Assembly (NCBI GenBank): GCA_023129115.1
Contig: JAGMCR010000011.1
Coordinates: 1 to 64,000 of the forward strand
Length of the DNA stretch: 64,000 nt
Direction of reading: 5' to 3'
Source of the DNA: Candidatus Iainarchaeum sp.
GTDB lineage: Archaea > B1Sed10-29 > WALL01
Shown here: positions 9,565 through 17,372 of the stretch, one piece after another
Position numbering within the stretch: the stretch's first letter is position 1
Layout of the letters: the number at the start of each line of letters is the position of its first letter
Program-made: the position numbers and the translations under genes
The notes under the pieces: model-generated
Told to the model about the DNA's origin: nothing
Seen by the model: only the letters and a program-made list of their open reading frames with translations
Databases searched by the model: none

Positions 9565-10927
9565 AATTTTCGGTGCGAGGAAACCACTCAATTCATGGGG
9601 TGGGGGAATCGCACCTCCATCCTTTCTCGGCAACCCATAGCCGAAAACCACCTAAATACTTCTTGCTTGATATGTTCCAGAATGCCTGCTATTAAATGCT
9701 TGAGGTTGAATCTGCTCAAGCCTTCAAGAGAGAAGCAAAGAATGTTGAACGGGCTTGGTAGTGAATATGCCCGGGTTTTTACTGAATTAAGAGCAATATA
9801 CAGCTTTGCTCACTTCACTTCTGCTATTGAATTGCACGAGTGGACTTATCGCGCTGTCCGCAGGGACTCCTTTTTGCCTTGCCAGCTCGTGCAGGAAGCC
9901 ACGCGCTTGGTCAAGGCAACCATCAAGCAAAACAATCCCACTCCCCACCCGAGGTTCAACACGCGGGTGATGTCGTTCAAGACCACCAAGCGAGGAAACC
10001 CAGTGCTTTCCTTGAGTTTCAAGCCACGCAAGCGTGTCCTCATTCCAATCGCTCAAGACGGCGCTTGGAAGCGATTCAACTCTTTTGTTGCTAATGGCTG
10101 GGCTTGTTCCAGCGTTGTTTACCACAACGGTGTTATTTGGGCGACCATCAAGAAAGACTTTGAGCCTGCCAAGCCAGCCACTCACCACATTATTGGTGTT
10201 GATGTTGGATGCAGGTGCTTGGCGGCAGTCACTGCCTACTATTCCTTTAACCACAAAATCAGGAAACAGCTCTATTTCGGCAGAGATGTTGCCATTCGAC
10301 AGGAAGGGTTTTCCGTACGGCGTGCGAGCCTCCAGTCCTTGGCGGATAAGGGAAGCCGAAGAGCAGCCAACTCTCTCGAAAGAACGAAGCGAAAGCAAAG
10401 CAACTTTGTGAGGAACAGGAGCTATGAAGTCGCTTGGCAAATCGTTGGGCTCGCCAAGAAGCATCGGGCCACTATTGCCATTGAAGACCTCAACAAGCTC
10501 AAAGAAAACGTTGTTGTCAAAGGAGCGAAGCAACTGAATAAAACCACTCAACGGCTTCCTTATCGCAAGCTTCGCTTCGCTCTTGAGAGCATTTGCTTGG
10601 TTGAGGGAGTGCCCCTTGTTGTAGTTAACCCCCACAACACTAGCAGAACTTGTTACGCCTGTGGGACAATTGATAAAAGAAATCGCATTAATGGAGGCAA
10701 GCTCTTCAGGTGCGTTGGCTGCGGCTTCGTTGCCAACGCTGACAGAGTTGGCTCTGTTAACATAGCTGGCAGAGCGGCCGAGAAGCAGGTGTTGCTTCAA
10801 GACCAGTCTTCTGCTGGTCAGGTGCCTGTAAACGCACCTTTGCGTTCCGATGAAAGTCGTGGTTTGGCATTGTATGCCTAAGCTACTCCTTGAGGAAAGC
10901 CACCGTTTTCAAACGGTGGTAGTTTAC
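9565..10927 (+). mobile_element. IS200/IS605-family element with solo tnpB (IS1341-like), 1363 bp
   Basis: Left-end hairpin GGTGCGA...TCGCACC (9572-9615); right-end hairpin CCACCGTTT-TC-AAACGGTGG (10900-10919) followed by TAGTTTAC; no TSD; excision restores the host genes (junction ambiguous by 1 nt). Confidence 0.85.
9682..10881 (+). CDS. tnpB: RNA-guided endonuclease TnpB
   Basis: RuvC-I IIGVDVG, RuvC-II IAIEDL, zinc finger CYAC...CVGC, RuvC-III NADRVGSVNI; ATG 9682 lies inside the element. Confidence 0.9.
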   Translation: MPAIKCLRLNLLKPSREKQRMLNGLGSEYARVFTELRAIYSFAHFTSAIELHEWTYRAVRRDSFLPCQLVQEATRLVKATIKQNNPTPHPRFNTRVMSFKTTKRGNPVLSLSFKPRKRVLIPIAQDGAWKRFNSFVANGWACSSVVYHNGVIWATIKKDFEPAKPATHHIIGVDVGCRCLAAVTAYYSFNHKIRKQLYFGRDVAIRQEGFSVRRASLQSLADKGSRRAANSLERTKRKQSNFVRNRSYEVAWQIVGLAKKHRATIAIEDLNKLKENVVVKGAKQLNKTTQRLPYRKLRFALESICLVEGVPLVVVNPHNTSRTCYACGTIDKRNRINGGKLFRCVGCGFVANADRVGSVNIAGRAAEKQVLLQDQSSAGQVPVNAPLRSDESRGLALYA

Positions 10928-11541
10928 AGTGCCCTTTTGAGATGCTCAATATACTCCCCTCCCGCCAATGCCTCGCCTTCGCTTAGGATATTGAATATGA
11001 ACCTGTCGCCTTCTTTAAGCCTTGCCCCGGCCTCTTTCTTTGTCATGACTACTGTGGAGATTACTGCTTTCTTGAGTGTGGCCGCGTCGCTCAAGACTTT
11101 TTCCTTCACTCTTTTTTTGGCTCCAGAAGAAGGGGTTATTACCAGGATATCAATGTCGCTAAGGGCCCCCATCTCGCGGCGTGCTGTTGAGCCATAGACA
11201 ACAAGTGCCGACACGTCTTTCCCTGATTTCGCTATTAAATTCCTGGCGAACCTCCTGGCATATTGATGGGCCCGCTTCTGGGGCTCGCTAAACAGTTTCG
11301 AGAGCTCGGGGAGCAAGAAAAAGCCTTGGTCGATGCTTACTGCCTTGCTGTTCCCTATATGGGTGACTTTAATCAAGCCACTGCCCTCCCATTCCCTGAT
11401 GACTTTGCTGACCCCCGATTTCGGCGTGCGGGTGAGTTTTGCCAGCTCCGAGACGGAGTAAATGTCTTTCTTGTGCCCAAGGAGGAAATCCAGGAGCTTT
11501 GCCTTGGTCTTTGAGCCCACGAGGGCATTCACAAATCTCAT
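10924..11541 (-). CDS. HTH-fused minimal nucleotidyltransferase (MNT antitoxin)
   Basis: N-terminal winged HTH (SVSELAK...KSGVSKVI); VVYGSTAR...SDIDILVI nucleotidyltransferase motif. Confidence 0.88.
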   Translation of the reverse strand: MRFVNALVGSKTKAKLLDFLLGHKKDIYSVSELAKLTRTPKSGVSKVIREWEGSGLIKVTHIGNSKAVSIDQGFFLLPELSKLFSEPQKRAHQYARRFARNLIAKSGKDVSALVVYGSTARREMGALSDIDILVITPSSGAKKRVKEKVLSDAATLKKAVISTVVMTKKEAGARLKEGDRFIFNILSEGEALAGGEYIEHLKRAL

Positions 11542-11604
11542 AACGTTCACTATTATGAACAATTGTTCAAAAATATGAACAACCTAATATTTAAAGTTAT
11601 CCCC

Positions 11605-11640
11605 CAACAAGAAGATGCTGGCGACGAAGTAGCTGTTTTT
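11605..11640 (+). repeat. Right direct repeat bounding the MNT-HEPN module
   Basis: CAACAAGAAGATGCTGGCGACGAAGTAGCTGTTTTT versus 9140-9184. Confidence 0.8.
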
Positions 11641-11668
11641 TTAAGTCTGCAACCCCTTAGTTTATGGC

Positions 11669-13021
11669 ATGCACGCACACGTCAAGGCCAAGGTGGCCAA
11701 GCACCGGAACCTGCTCGAGAACAGGGCGAAAGAGTTCAAAGCCAAGTACCAGCCCCGGCTCGAAGAGGCAAAGAAAAAGTCCCAGGAATACCGGGGGGTT
11801 ATGGACACTATGGATGGGGGGGCTGCCGTTTCCGACATCATGAAGCGCAGCGACATAAAAACAAAGCCGGAGGCCCAACGTGAGATTGTCCTCGCCCGCT
11901 TCGACAACAAGAGAATGGCTGCGCGCCTGTCTCGTGCCATGGAACGGGTGGACGGCAAAGTCAATTCCGCAAAGGAAATGGACGACGCACTCAACAACAT
12001 TTCCCGCCTTGACGCAGACGCCAGGCAGCGTGCGTTGGGAAATCTCCAGTCATATTTCCCTGAAGAAGACTTCAGCGAAGTGCAGCAGCAGCACAAAACC
12101 CTCTTGGAAGAGGAGCGTGAGCAAGAGCGCGAGCGGTGGTTCCCCAAATACGAAAAGGAATTCGACCCGGAGTCAATCAAGCACTTCACCGACAAGCGGG
12201 CAGTAATCGATGTGCTGGAGCACTTGCTGGAGGACACAACCCACAATGCCTTTCACGGCACTTCTTCGAGCGCACTGCCCGGCATAAAGAAAAAAAAGGG
12301 GCTGGTGCCGGCTGGCGAGCTCATGAAAGAGACGATGCCGCTCTCGGGCGAGCTGGAGTCTGGCATAATAGACGAGAAGGGTCAGAAGGGGATAAATCTG
12401 GACGCGATATCTTTTGCCCAGAAATATCGGGACGCGGCGTCGTATGCAGACGCCACTAATACTATCGGCCGCAAGCACTGGACGCGTGCTGGAGCCGTCA
12501 AAGATATTGAGGCCATTGAGAACATACAGGACCTGCAGTTCGCGAGAATGCTTGGGGGAAACTACAGCGACAAGATTGGAGAGCGCAAAGAAGTTCTTGA
12601 GAAGTACGGTGAAGACAGCCGCGAGGCAAGCCTTTATGCCAGAACCGGTGGCAGCACGGTAAAGCGCTACAATATAGAAAAGGAACGGCTCAGCCAATGG
12701 CCCACGCTGGAAGAAGAGGACAAACCAATCGTCGAGGGTGGATTCGCGGTCATAGTGCAGCCGCACGGAGAAGGGTTGGCCCATGAGGAGTTCCGCAGGC
12801 CGTCTGCCATATCTGAAAAGCTTTACCCGGAGGTCCCACTGGAGAACGCGGCGTTTTTTGTCCCCAGCGAGAATGTTGAAGAAGTAAGCGAATATCTCGG
12901 CAGCCACAAAAAAGTATTTTCACTAAACGCACTCCACGAAACAATGAAGCACGATGAGCACATCCTCAATAACCGCTCACGAATGGAGTTCATAAAGAAA
13001 AAGCTTGAGGAAAGCAGCTAA
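11669..13021 (+). CDS. Orphan protein with helical N-terminus and candidate ADP-ribosyltransferase-like domain
   Basis: FHGTS...GLVP followed by ISFA...AASYA, the spacing typical of HGT-type ART folds. Confidence 0.55.
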   Translation: MHAHVKAKVAKHRNLLENRAKEFKAKYQPRLEEAKKKSQEYRGVMDTMDGGAAVSDIMKRSDIKTKPEAQREIVLARFDNKRMAARLSRAMERVDGKVNSAKEMDDALNNISRLDADARQRALGNLQSYFPEEDFSEVQQQHKTLLEEEREQERERWFPKYEKEFDPESIKHFTDKRAVIDVLEHLLEDTTHNAFHGTSSSALPGIKKKKGLVPAGELMKETMPLSGELESGIIDEKGQKGINLDAISFAQKYRDAASYADATNTIGRKHWTRAGAVKDIEAIENIQDLQFARMLGGNYSDKIGERKEVLEKYGEDSREASLYARTGGSTVKRYNIEKERLSQWPTLEEEDKPIVEGGFAVIVQPHGEGLAHEEFRRPSAISEKLYPEVPLENAAFFVPSENVEEVSEYLGSHKKVFSLNALHETMKHDEHILNNRSRMEFIKKKLEESS

Positions 13022-13630
13022 CTATTTCTTCCTCTCGCTCCAGATGTAGAGCGTGTACACAAGAAGCACAGCCACTGCAAGAACAACAATCGCGCTGCTG
13101 ACGTCCGCGAACGGCACGAGCGCCGGCGCTTCCTGGCCAGCAACCAGTATGGAGTAGTCGCCGTCGTAGTACTCAATTGTGCCGTTGACCACGCGCTTCT
13201 GGCCCTCCATGGGGCACGAGTACTCGCCGTAGAACTCTGTCTCCTCGATTGTCTCGCAGCCCGTGAACTGGTCCATGAACGCGAGGACCGTGATTTCCTC
13301 GCCGGCCGAGACTTTTTCAATGGCGCACTGGTACTCGTAGTCAATCTCGTCAAGAATGATGTCGGTGTCGAACGGTATGTACATGCTGCAGGCCTCGTAC
13401 TCGAGCCCGGTGCTCTCGGCGTGCGCAAAGCACCCTATCTCCTCGAGGGAGCCGAACTCGTTCTGCACAGAATAGCACGTCACGTCGCTCGTGTAAGTTA
13501 TTTCCGCCTCTATCTCAGTGGCCTGCGGGCACACCAAATGGTCGCTGTACGTTTCGCACCCGGTCTCTGCGTCGACCTCAACCGCAAGAGCTGCACACAG
13601 CAAAAGCAGCACAAGCAAGACTCGCTTCAT
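13022..13630 (-). CDS. Secreted acidic Cys-rich protein with C-terminal TM anchor (candidate sortase substrate)
   Basis: Signal peptide MKRVLLVLLLLCAALA; C-terminal VPFAD + hydrophobic helix + RKK. Confidence 0.8.
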   Translation of the reverse strand: MKRVLLVLLLLCAALAVEVDAETGCETYSDHLVCPQATEIEAEITYTSDVTCYSVQNEFGSLEEIGCFAHAESTGLEYEACSMYIPFDTDIILDEIDYEYQCAIEKVSAGEEITVLAFMDQFTGCETIEETEFYGEYSCPMEGQKRVVNGTIEYYDGDYSILVAGQEAPALVPFADVSSAIVVLAVAVLLVYTLYIWSERKK

Positions 13631-13701
13631 TGGATACGCTTACCCCCCACTTCCTAATAAACTTATCACCCCGGGCCCCACGGGAAGTGCAGGCGCTTGC
13701 T

Positions 13702-14136
13702 TTACCCGCGGAAAAAGTTGCCGATGCCTATGGGGAAGCCGATGAACACGTTTTCCAGCGCCCCCATGGGCCCCTGCCTGCCGTAGTTCTGGAACGGGAG
13801 CATTCCCCTCATCACGCCGGCGACGTGGGGGTTTTGCACCCCCCTCGTGGCGATGTTCATGAAGTCGGGCTGCCCCCCGATGCTCATGGGCGACGGGCCG
13901 CTCATCATGGCCTGCCAGACGTTGTCCTCCTGCTTTTCCCACATGTCGTCCGGCGCCTCGACGAGCTTGTGCCTGGGCCGCGGCCTGGCCTGCGCCACGG
14001 GCGCCGGCGCCCGACTCTTAAGGGTGTCGAGCGTCAGCTGCAGGGCAATCGCTATGAACCCAAAGATGACGAGAAGCTCTGACCGTACCACTGTCCCAAG
14101 CAGTATGAGCACGATGGCGGCCAGGATAGCTATCAT
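13702..14136 (-). CDS. Small membrane protein (2 N-terminal TM), distant member of the paralog set
   Basis: Hydrophobic N-terminus, Pro-rich linker, PDFMNI motif. Confidence 0.7.
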   Translation of the reverse strand: MIAILAAIVLILLGTVVRSELLVIFGFIAIALQLTLDTLKSRAPAPVAQARPRPRHKLVEAPDDMWEKQEDNVWQAMMSGPSPMSIGGQPDFMNIATRGVQNPHVAGVMRGMLPFQNYGRQGPMGALENVFIGFPIGIGNFFRG

Positions 14137-14142
14137 CGCGCA

Positions 14143-14511
14143 TCACTCGTAGCTGCTGCCCCCAAACACCCGGTGGCCGAGGCGGGCGGCCCGGCCGGCG
14201 CCCTTGCCCATGGCCTTTTCGACCCAGGTGTCGCCGCCCCAGTTGGGCCTGACGCGGATGTTCATGAACGAGGGTATCCTGAACGGCGGGCCGCGCGTGG
14301 TCTCTATTATTATGGGCTCGAGCGTCTCGGCGCCGTGGACCCTGACACCAGCCGTGGACACACCCTTGGCCACGATGCGCTTGGGCGCCATCAATACAGA
14401 GGAAATCACGAGCAGTATGAATATGCCTATGGCGAGGCCGGGGTATCCGGCGATGTACACCGCCACGCAGACGGCGCCCATCATCATCAGCTGCTCTGTG
14501 TCAAGGTTCAT
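14143..14511 (-). CDS. Small membrane protein, paralog family
   Basis: 2 TM + EPIII...GPPFRIPSFMNIRVRPNW...WVEKAMG. Confidence 0.75.
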   Translation of the reverse strand: MNLDTEQLMMMGAVCVAVYIAGYPGLAIGIFILLVISSVLMAPKRIVAKGVSTAGVRVHGAETLEPIIIETTRGPPFRIPSFMNIRVRPNWGGDTWVEKAMGKGAGRAARLGHRVFGGSSYE

Positions 14512-14516
14512 TCAGT

Positions 14517-14903
14517 TCAGTCCTTGCTTCTCCTGAGTGCACGCCCCATCATTACACTGCGGAACATGCGGTGCATCAGGCCAACCCCACCGCTCGCGTC
14601 CTCGAAGAAGTTGTTCGCGTTCCAGTTGGGCTGGATTTTCAGCCTGAAGTCAGGCGGGTAGAGGTAAGGCGCTTCGCCCGTGTCCTGGACAATCACCGGG
14701 GTCAGGATTTCTTCCTCTTTTTGTGGGGGCGCGGCCTGTGCCACTGGCTGCGGCGTGTGGATTGAGACCGTGGACAGGATTATGAACACCGCACCGATGC
14801 CGACGAGTATCGCGAGCCAGGTGAGGTTGAGGTACATGGCGAGGATTAGCACGAAAGCCAGGAGCCCGACCGGCCGCTGTATGTTGTCGTTCACGCTCGT
14901 CAT
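14517..14903 (-). CDS. Small membrane protein, paralog family
   Basis: 2 TM + TPVIV...APYLYPPDFRLKIQPNW...FFEDASG; GGAGGT SD before ATG 14903. Confidence 0.75.
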   Translation of the reverse strand: MTSVNDNIQRPVGLLAFVLILAMYLNLTWLAILVGIGAVFIILSTVSIHTPQPVAQAAPPQKEEEILTPVIVQDTGEAPYLYPPDFRLKIQPNWNANNFFEDASGGVGLMHRMFRSVMMGRALRRSKD

Positions 14904-14904
14904 G

Positions 14905-15258
14905 TCAGTGACCTCCAACCTTGCCGCGGCCCTTTGGCTTGAAGGCCTGGGCCAGGAGCCCTGCGCCGACGCCTGCCGCGCCGAACGCGTTCTCCCACCA
15001 CTGGTAAGTGTTCCACCGCGGGGCGACCCTTATCCGCATCCTGGAGGGGTATATGCTTGGGGGGCCCGAGTACCTGCGCTTGACTATGATGGGCCTGATT
15101 TTCGGCATGCCGCTGGCGACCGGCATGGGCGGCTCGTTCCTGACGCCCCAGACGTAGGCGGCGATGAGCAGCCCGCTGATTACCGAGAGCCACGCCATGT
15201 TATAGGCGAGCCCAACCCACACCACGGTGGCGAGCAGCAGGATGGTCAGTATGTCCAT
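14905..15258 (-). CDS. Small membrane protein, paralog family
   Basis: 2 TM + RPIIV...GPPSIYPSRMRIRVAPRW...WWENAFG. Confidence 0.75.
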   Translation of the reverse strand: MDILTILLLATVVWVGLAYNMAWLSVISGLLIAAYVWGVRNEPPMPVASGMPKIRPIIVKRRYSGPPSIYPSRMRIRVAPRWNTYQWWENAFGAAGVGAGLLAQAFKPKGRGKVGGH

Positions 15259-15546
15259 CTATCTTCCCCCAAGGAGCATTCCGGGCGAGTAGTAGCCAGC
15301 CCCGCCTTTTTCTTTGGTGAACATGAATATCCCAAGCACGACCACGGAGGCGATGAGCATTATGACTTCCTGCTGCGCCTGGAACATGTACACCAGGAGC
15401 AGGCCGATTGCCGCCACCGCCAGCAGGCCCTTGCTGCGGACTGCCACGACGAACAGGAGCATCAGGAGGGCGGCGGCCCACGTGACGCCCTGGTTAATCG
15501 TCACCATTATCATGATGAGGAAAATGACAACAGTGAGTGTGTCCAT
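15259..15546 (-). CDS. Small integral membrane protein
   Basis: 95 aa, almost entirely hydrophobic; abuts the downstream gene. Confidence 0.75.
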   Translation of the reverse strand: MDTLTVVIFLIMIMVTINQGVTWAAALLMLLFVVAVRSKGLLAVAAIGLLLVYMFQAQQEVIMLIASVVVLGIFMFTKEKGGAGYYSPGMLLGGR

Positions 15547-15556
15547 TTACTCTTCC

Positions 15557-15814
15557 TCACTCTGGGTGTGGCCCGGGGATGAACGTGTTCTCGAACGTCT
15601 CGAAGAACGCGTAGCCGAAGAACAGCGCTATGACGATTACTAGCACGCCCATGTGCTGGTAGATCGTGAGGTACACGATGATTATGGCCAGCAGTATGCC
15701 TACCCTGCGCGAGCCGGTCATGCCAATGGCCCACTGCGTCAGGTAGACGAATACGAACAGTATCGCCGCCAGCTGCAAATCAGTCCACAGGTCCCCCATA
15801 TTTCCACCTTGCAA
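15557..15814 (-). CDS. Small integral membrane protein (about 3 TM)
   Basis: Hydrophobic ORF in operon context; start may be ATG 15799. Confidence 0.75.
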   Translation of the reverse strand: MQGGNMGDLWTDLQLAAILFVFVYLTQWAIGMTGSRRVGILLAIIIVYLTIYQHMGVLVIVIALFFGYAFFETFENTFIPGPHPE

Positions 15815-15837
15815 TTATTTTAACTTTCTTGTTTATA

Positions 15838-16185
15838 TTACTGTGCCAGCTTGAACAGGGTCAGCCCCCAGAACAGCATGCCGAAGAGGCCGAACCCCAT
15901 GAATGTCCATATTATGTAAAGCCCCAGGGTGAACTGGGGCAGGATGAACACGAATATGTATATCAATACCCCTGCAATCGCGTAGCTCAGCATTCCGGGG
16001 CCCACGACGTTCCTGACCCACGAGAAAACCATTATGGCTGCAGCCACCTGGAACAATAGCATCAGTTCCGACGAGAGCGAGACCGCGACTATCGGGAGGA
16101 ACAGTATCAGCCCAAGTATTATCAGAATCGCGGGAAGCATGAGCCCCGCGGGAATGAGCCCGATGAATCCCCTGTCCCCCATCAC
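15838..16185 (-). CDS. Small integral membrane protein with possible class III signal (DRG/FIGL)
   Basis: About 4 TM; 4-nt overlap with the upstream gene. Confidence 0.75.
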   Translation of the reverse strand: MMGDRGFIGLIPAGLMLPAILIILGLILFLPIVAVSLSSELMLLFQVAAAIMVFSWVRNVVGPGMLSYAIAGVLIYIFVFILPQFTLGLYIIWTFMGFGLFGMLFWGLTLFKLAQ

Positions 16186-16556
16186 ACCTCACCTGTCTGC
16201 ATCCGCGCGAGGACTCCCCTCTGGTCCCCCGCCCTTGCCTCTGGGCCAACCCCATAGTGCCCTCCGCCGAACGCGAGGTCTGTGATTGCCCCGCCGATGC
16301 CCATTATAATCAGCAGATAAACAATCGTGAGGGGCCCGAAGACGTAGAAGTACTGGAACAATGCCAGGTACCCGATGAACAGCATCACTATGGTTGCCAC
16401 CAATCCGCCGCCGAGGTGCCCGCGCACCCACCCGATTATGAAGAGCAGCATCACGATTTTAAGGCCAAGAATAACGAGCTCGCAGTAGGGAATGAAGGCG
16501 CACACGCCGCCCATGGTGCCCATGCCGCTGCTCAACACGGACTGGAGGAAGCCCAT
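16182..16556 (-). CDS. Small integral membrane protein (about 3 TM, Gly-rich)
   Basis: WVRGHLGGG resembles WVRNVVGPG of its neighbour; TTTAAATA box upstream on the minus strand. Confidence 0.75.
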   Translation of the reverse strand: MGFLQSVLSSGMGTMGGVCAFIPYCELVILGLKIVMLLFIIGWVRGHLGGGLVATIVMLFIGYLALFQYFYVFGPLTIVYLLIIMGIGGAITDLAFGGGHYGVGPEARAGDQRGVLARMQTGEV

Positions 16557-16623
16557 GGGCTAGAAGAAGAACCGCGTATTTAAAAGATTATCATTATATA
16601 CTATTCACGCGAAAACTTCTGTT

Positions 16624-16980
16624 ATGGCAAAGCCCAGGAAGAGAATCTCCAAGATTGCTGGCGGGTCCGGCGCTGTCCAGGCGCAGTCGATTCAGAGGAC
16701 CCTGACCTGGACTAACCCATTGAAGTTCCTGCAGAACATCCGCTACCAGAGCTTTTTGGGTGACGACAAGAAAAAGGCGCTGGAGGGCCCGCACCCGCAC
16801 GCGCCGTTCGGCGAAAAGGTGCGCCACCACCTGGACCGCGTGCAGAGGAAGACGGGCAAGCGCTCGCTCTCCCACGTGACCCCAAAGACGCTCAAGGACA
16901 ATGTCTCACCCCACCTGGACAAAGTAGAGGAAGAGCACGGCCGCCGCTCGCTCTGGGCCCACCTTCTCGAGAAGGACTAG
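16624..16980 (+). CDS. Basic His-rich hypothetical protein with an internal repeat
   Basis: HLDRVQRKTGKRSL / HLDKVEEEHGRRSL duplicated motif; TTATATA upstream. Confidence 0.6.
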   Translation: MAKPRKRISKIAGGSGAVQAQSIQRTLTWTNPLKFLQNIRYQSFLGDDKKKALEGPHPHAPFGEKVRHHLDRVQRKTGKRSLSHVTPKTLKDNVSPHLDKVEEEHGRRSLWAHLLEKD

Positions 16981-17372
16981 CAGTCCAGCGGCTTTTCTAT
17001 GGCATAGTTGTCAATCATCACCAAATCCACGGATTTGCCCTCGCACCCGTTTTTCGTGATTTTGACGTTTAGCTGAGCTCCGAGCGGCAAGCTGAAGCTC
17101 GCTGTGCCGTCTTCCGCCATGCTGGTGAGCCGCTGCTCGCCGTAGACGACGGTCACGCGCGCCCCGGGTGTTGTCGTGATGTCCAGCCTATACTTTACGC
17201 CGGGAAAAAGCAGGAAAGCCAGCCCAAACAGGATTATGAGCCCAATTGCCGTCAAAACAGCCCAGCTGGGGAGGCCCAGGCCCTCAATCGGGTCCGTAAG
17301 CACGTAAAGAGGTATCCCCCTGGCCTCAAGCCCGTCCACGAAGTCGTTCCATCGAGAAGCCATTGCCGGCAC
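16977..17372 (-). CDS. Mini-paralog of the giant surface proteins (conserved N-domain + TM + one PEGA-like domain)
   Basis: WNDFVDGLEARGIPLYVLTDPIEGLGLPS + TM + GARVTV...DGTASF...ITKNGC. Confidence 0.85.
   Translation of the reverse strand: MPAMASRWNDFVDGLEARGIPLYVLTDPIEGLGLPSWAVLTAIGLIILFGLAFLLFPGVKYRLDITTTPGARVTVVYGEQRLTSMAEDGTASFSLPLGAQLNVKITKNGCEGKSVDLVMIDNYAIEKPLDC

Larger units (their letters stand above)
9203..10949 (-). pseudogene. HEPN-domain gene (127 aa reconstructed) split by the TnpB element; pieces 10928-10949 and 9203-9564
   Basis: Removing 9565-10927 restores the frame: MSISKGHYDKGLEYYSDAKRLY...ADHK...KKSEAEYG...KHLD; GGGGAG SD before TTG; lies downstream of MNT. Confidence 0.8.

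Noticed and set aside
9490-9681. N-terminal extension of the tnpB ORF from GTG 9490
   Set aside because: Crosses the element's left end into the antisense HEPN remnant; ATG 9682 fits TnpB length
9787-10800. 337-aa antisense ORF over tnpB
   Set aside because: Shadow of the motif-bearing tnpB frame; no recognisable features
9490-10927. TnpB as a Cas12f/Cas14 CRISPR effector
   Set aside because: No repeat-spacer array or cas1/2/4 seen in the window; IS200/IS605-type ends and a clean insertion into a gene indicate a transposon
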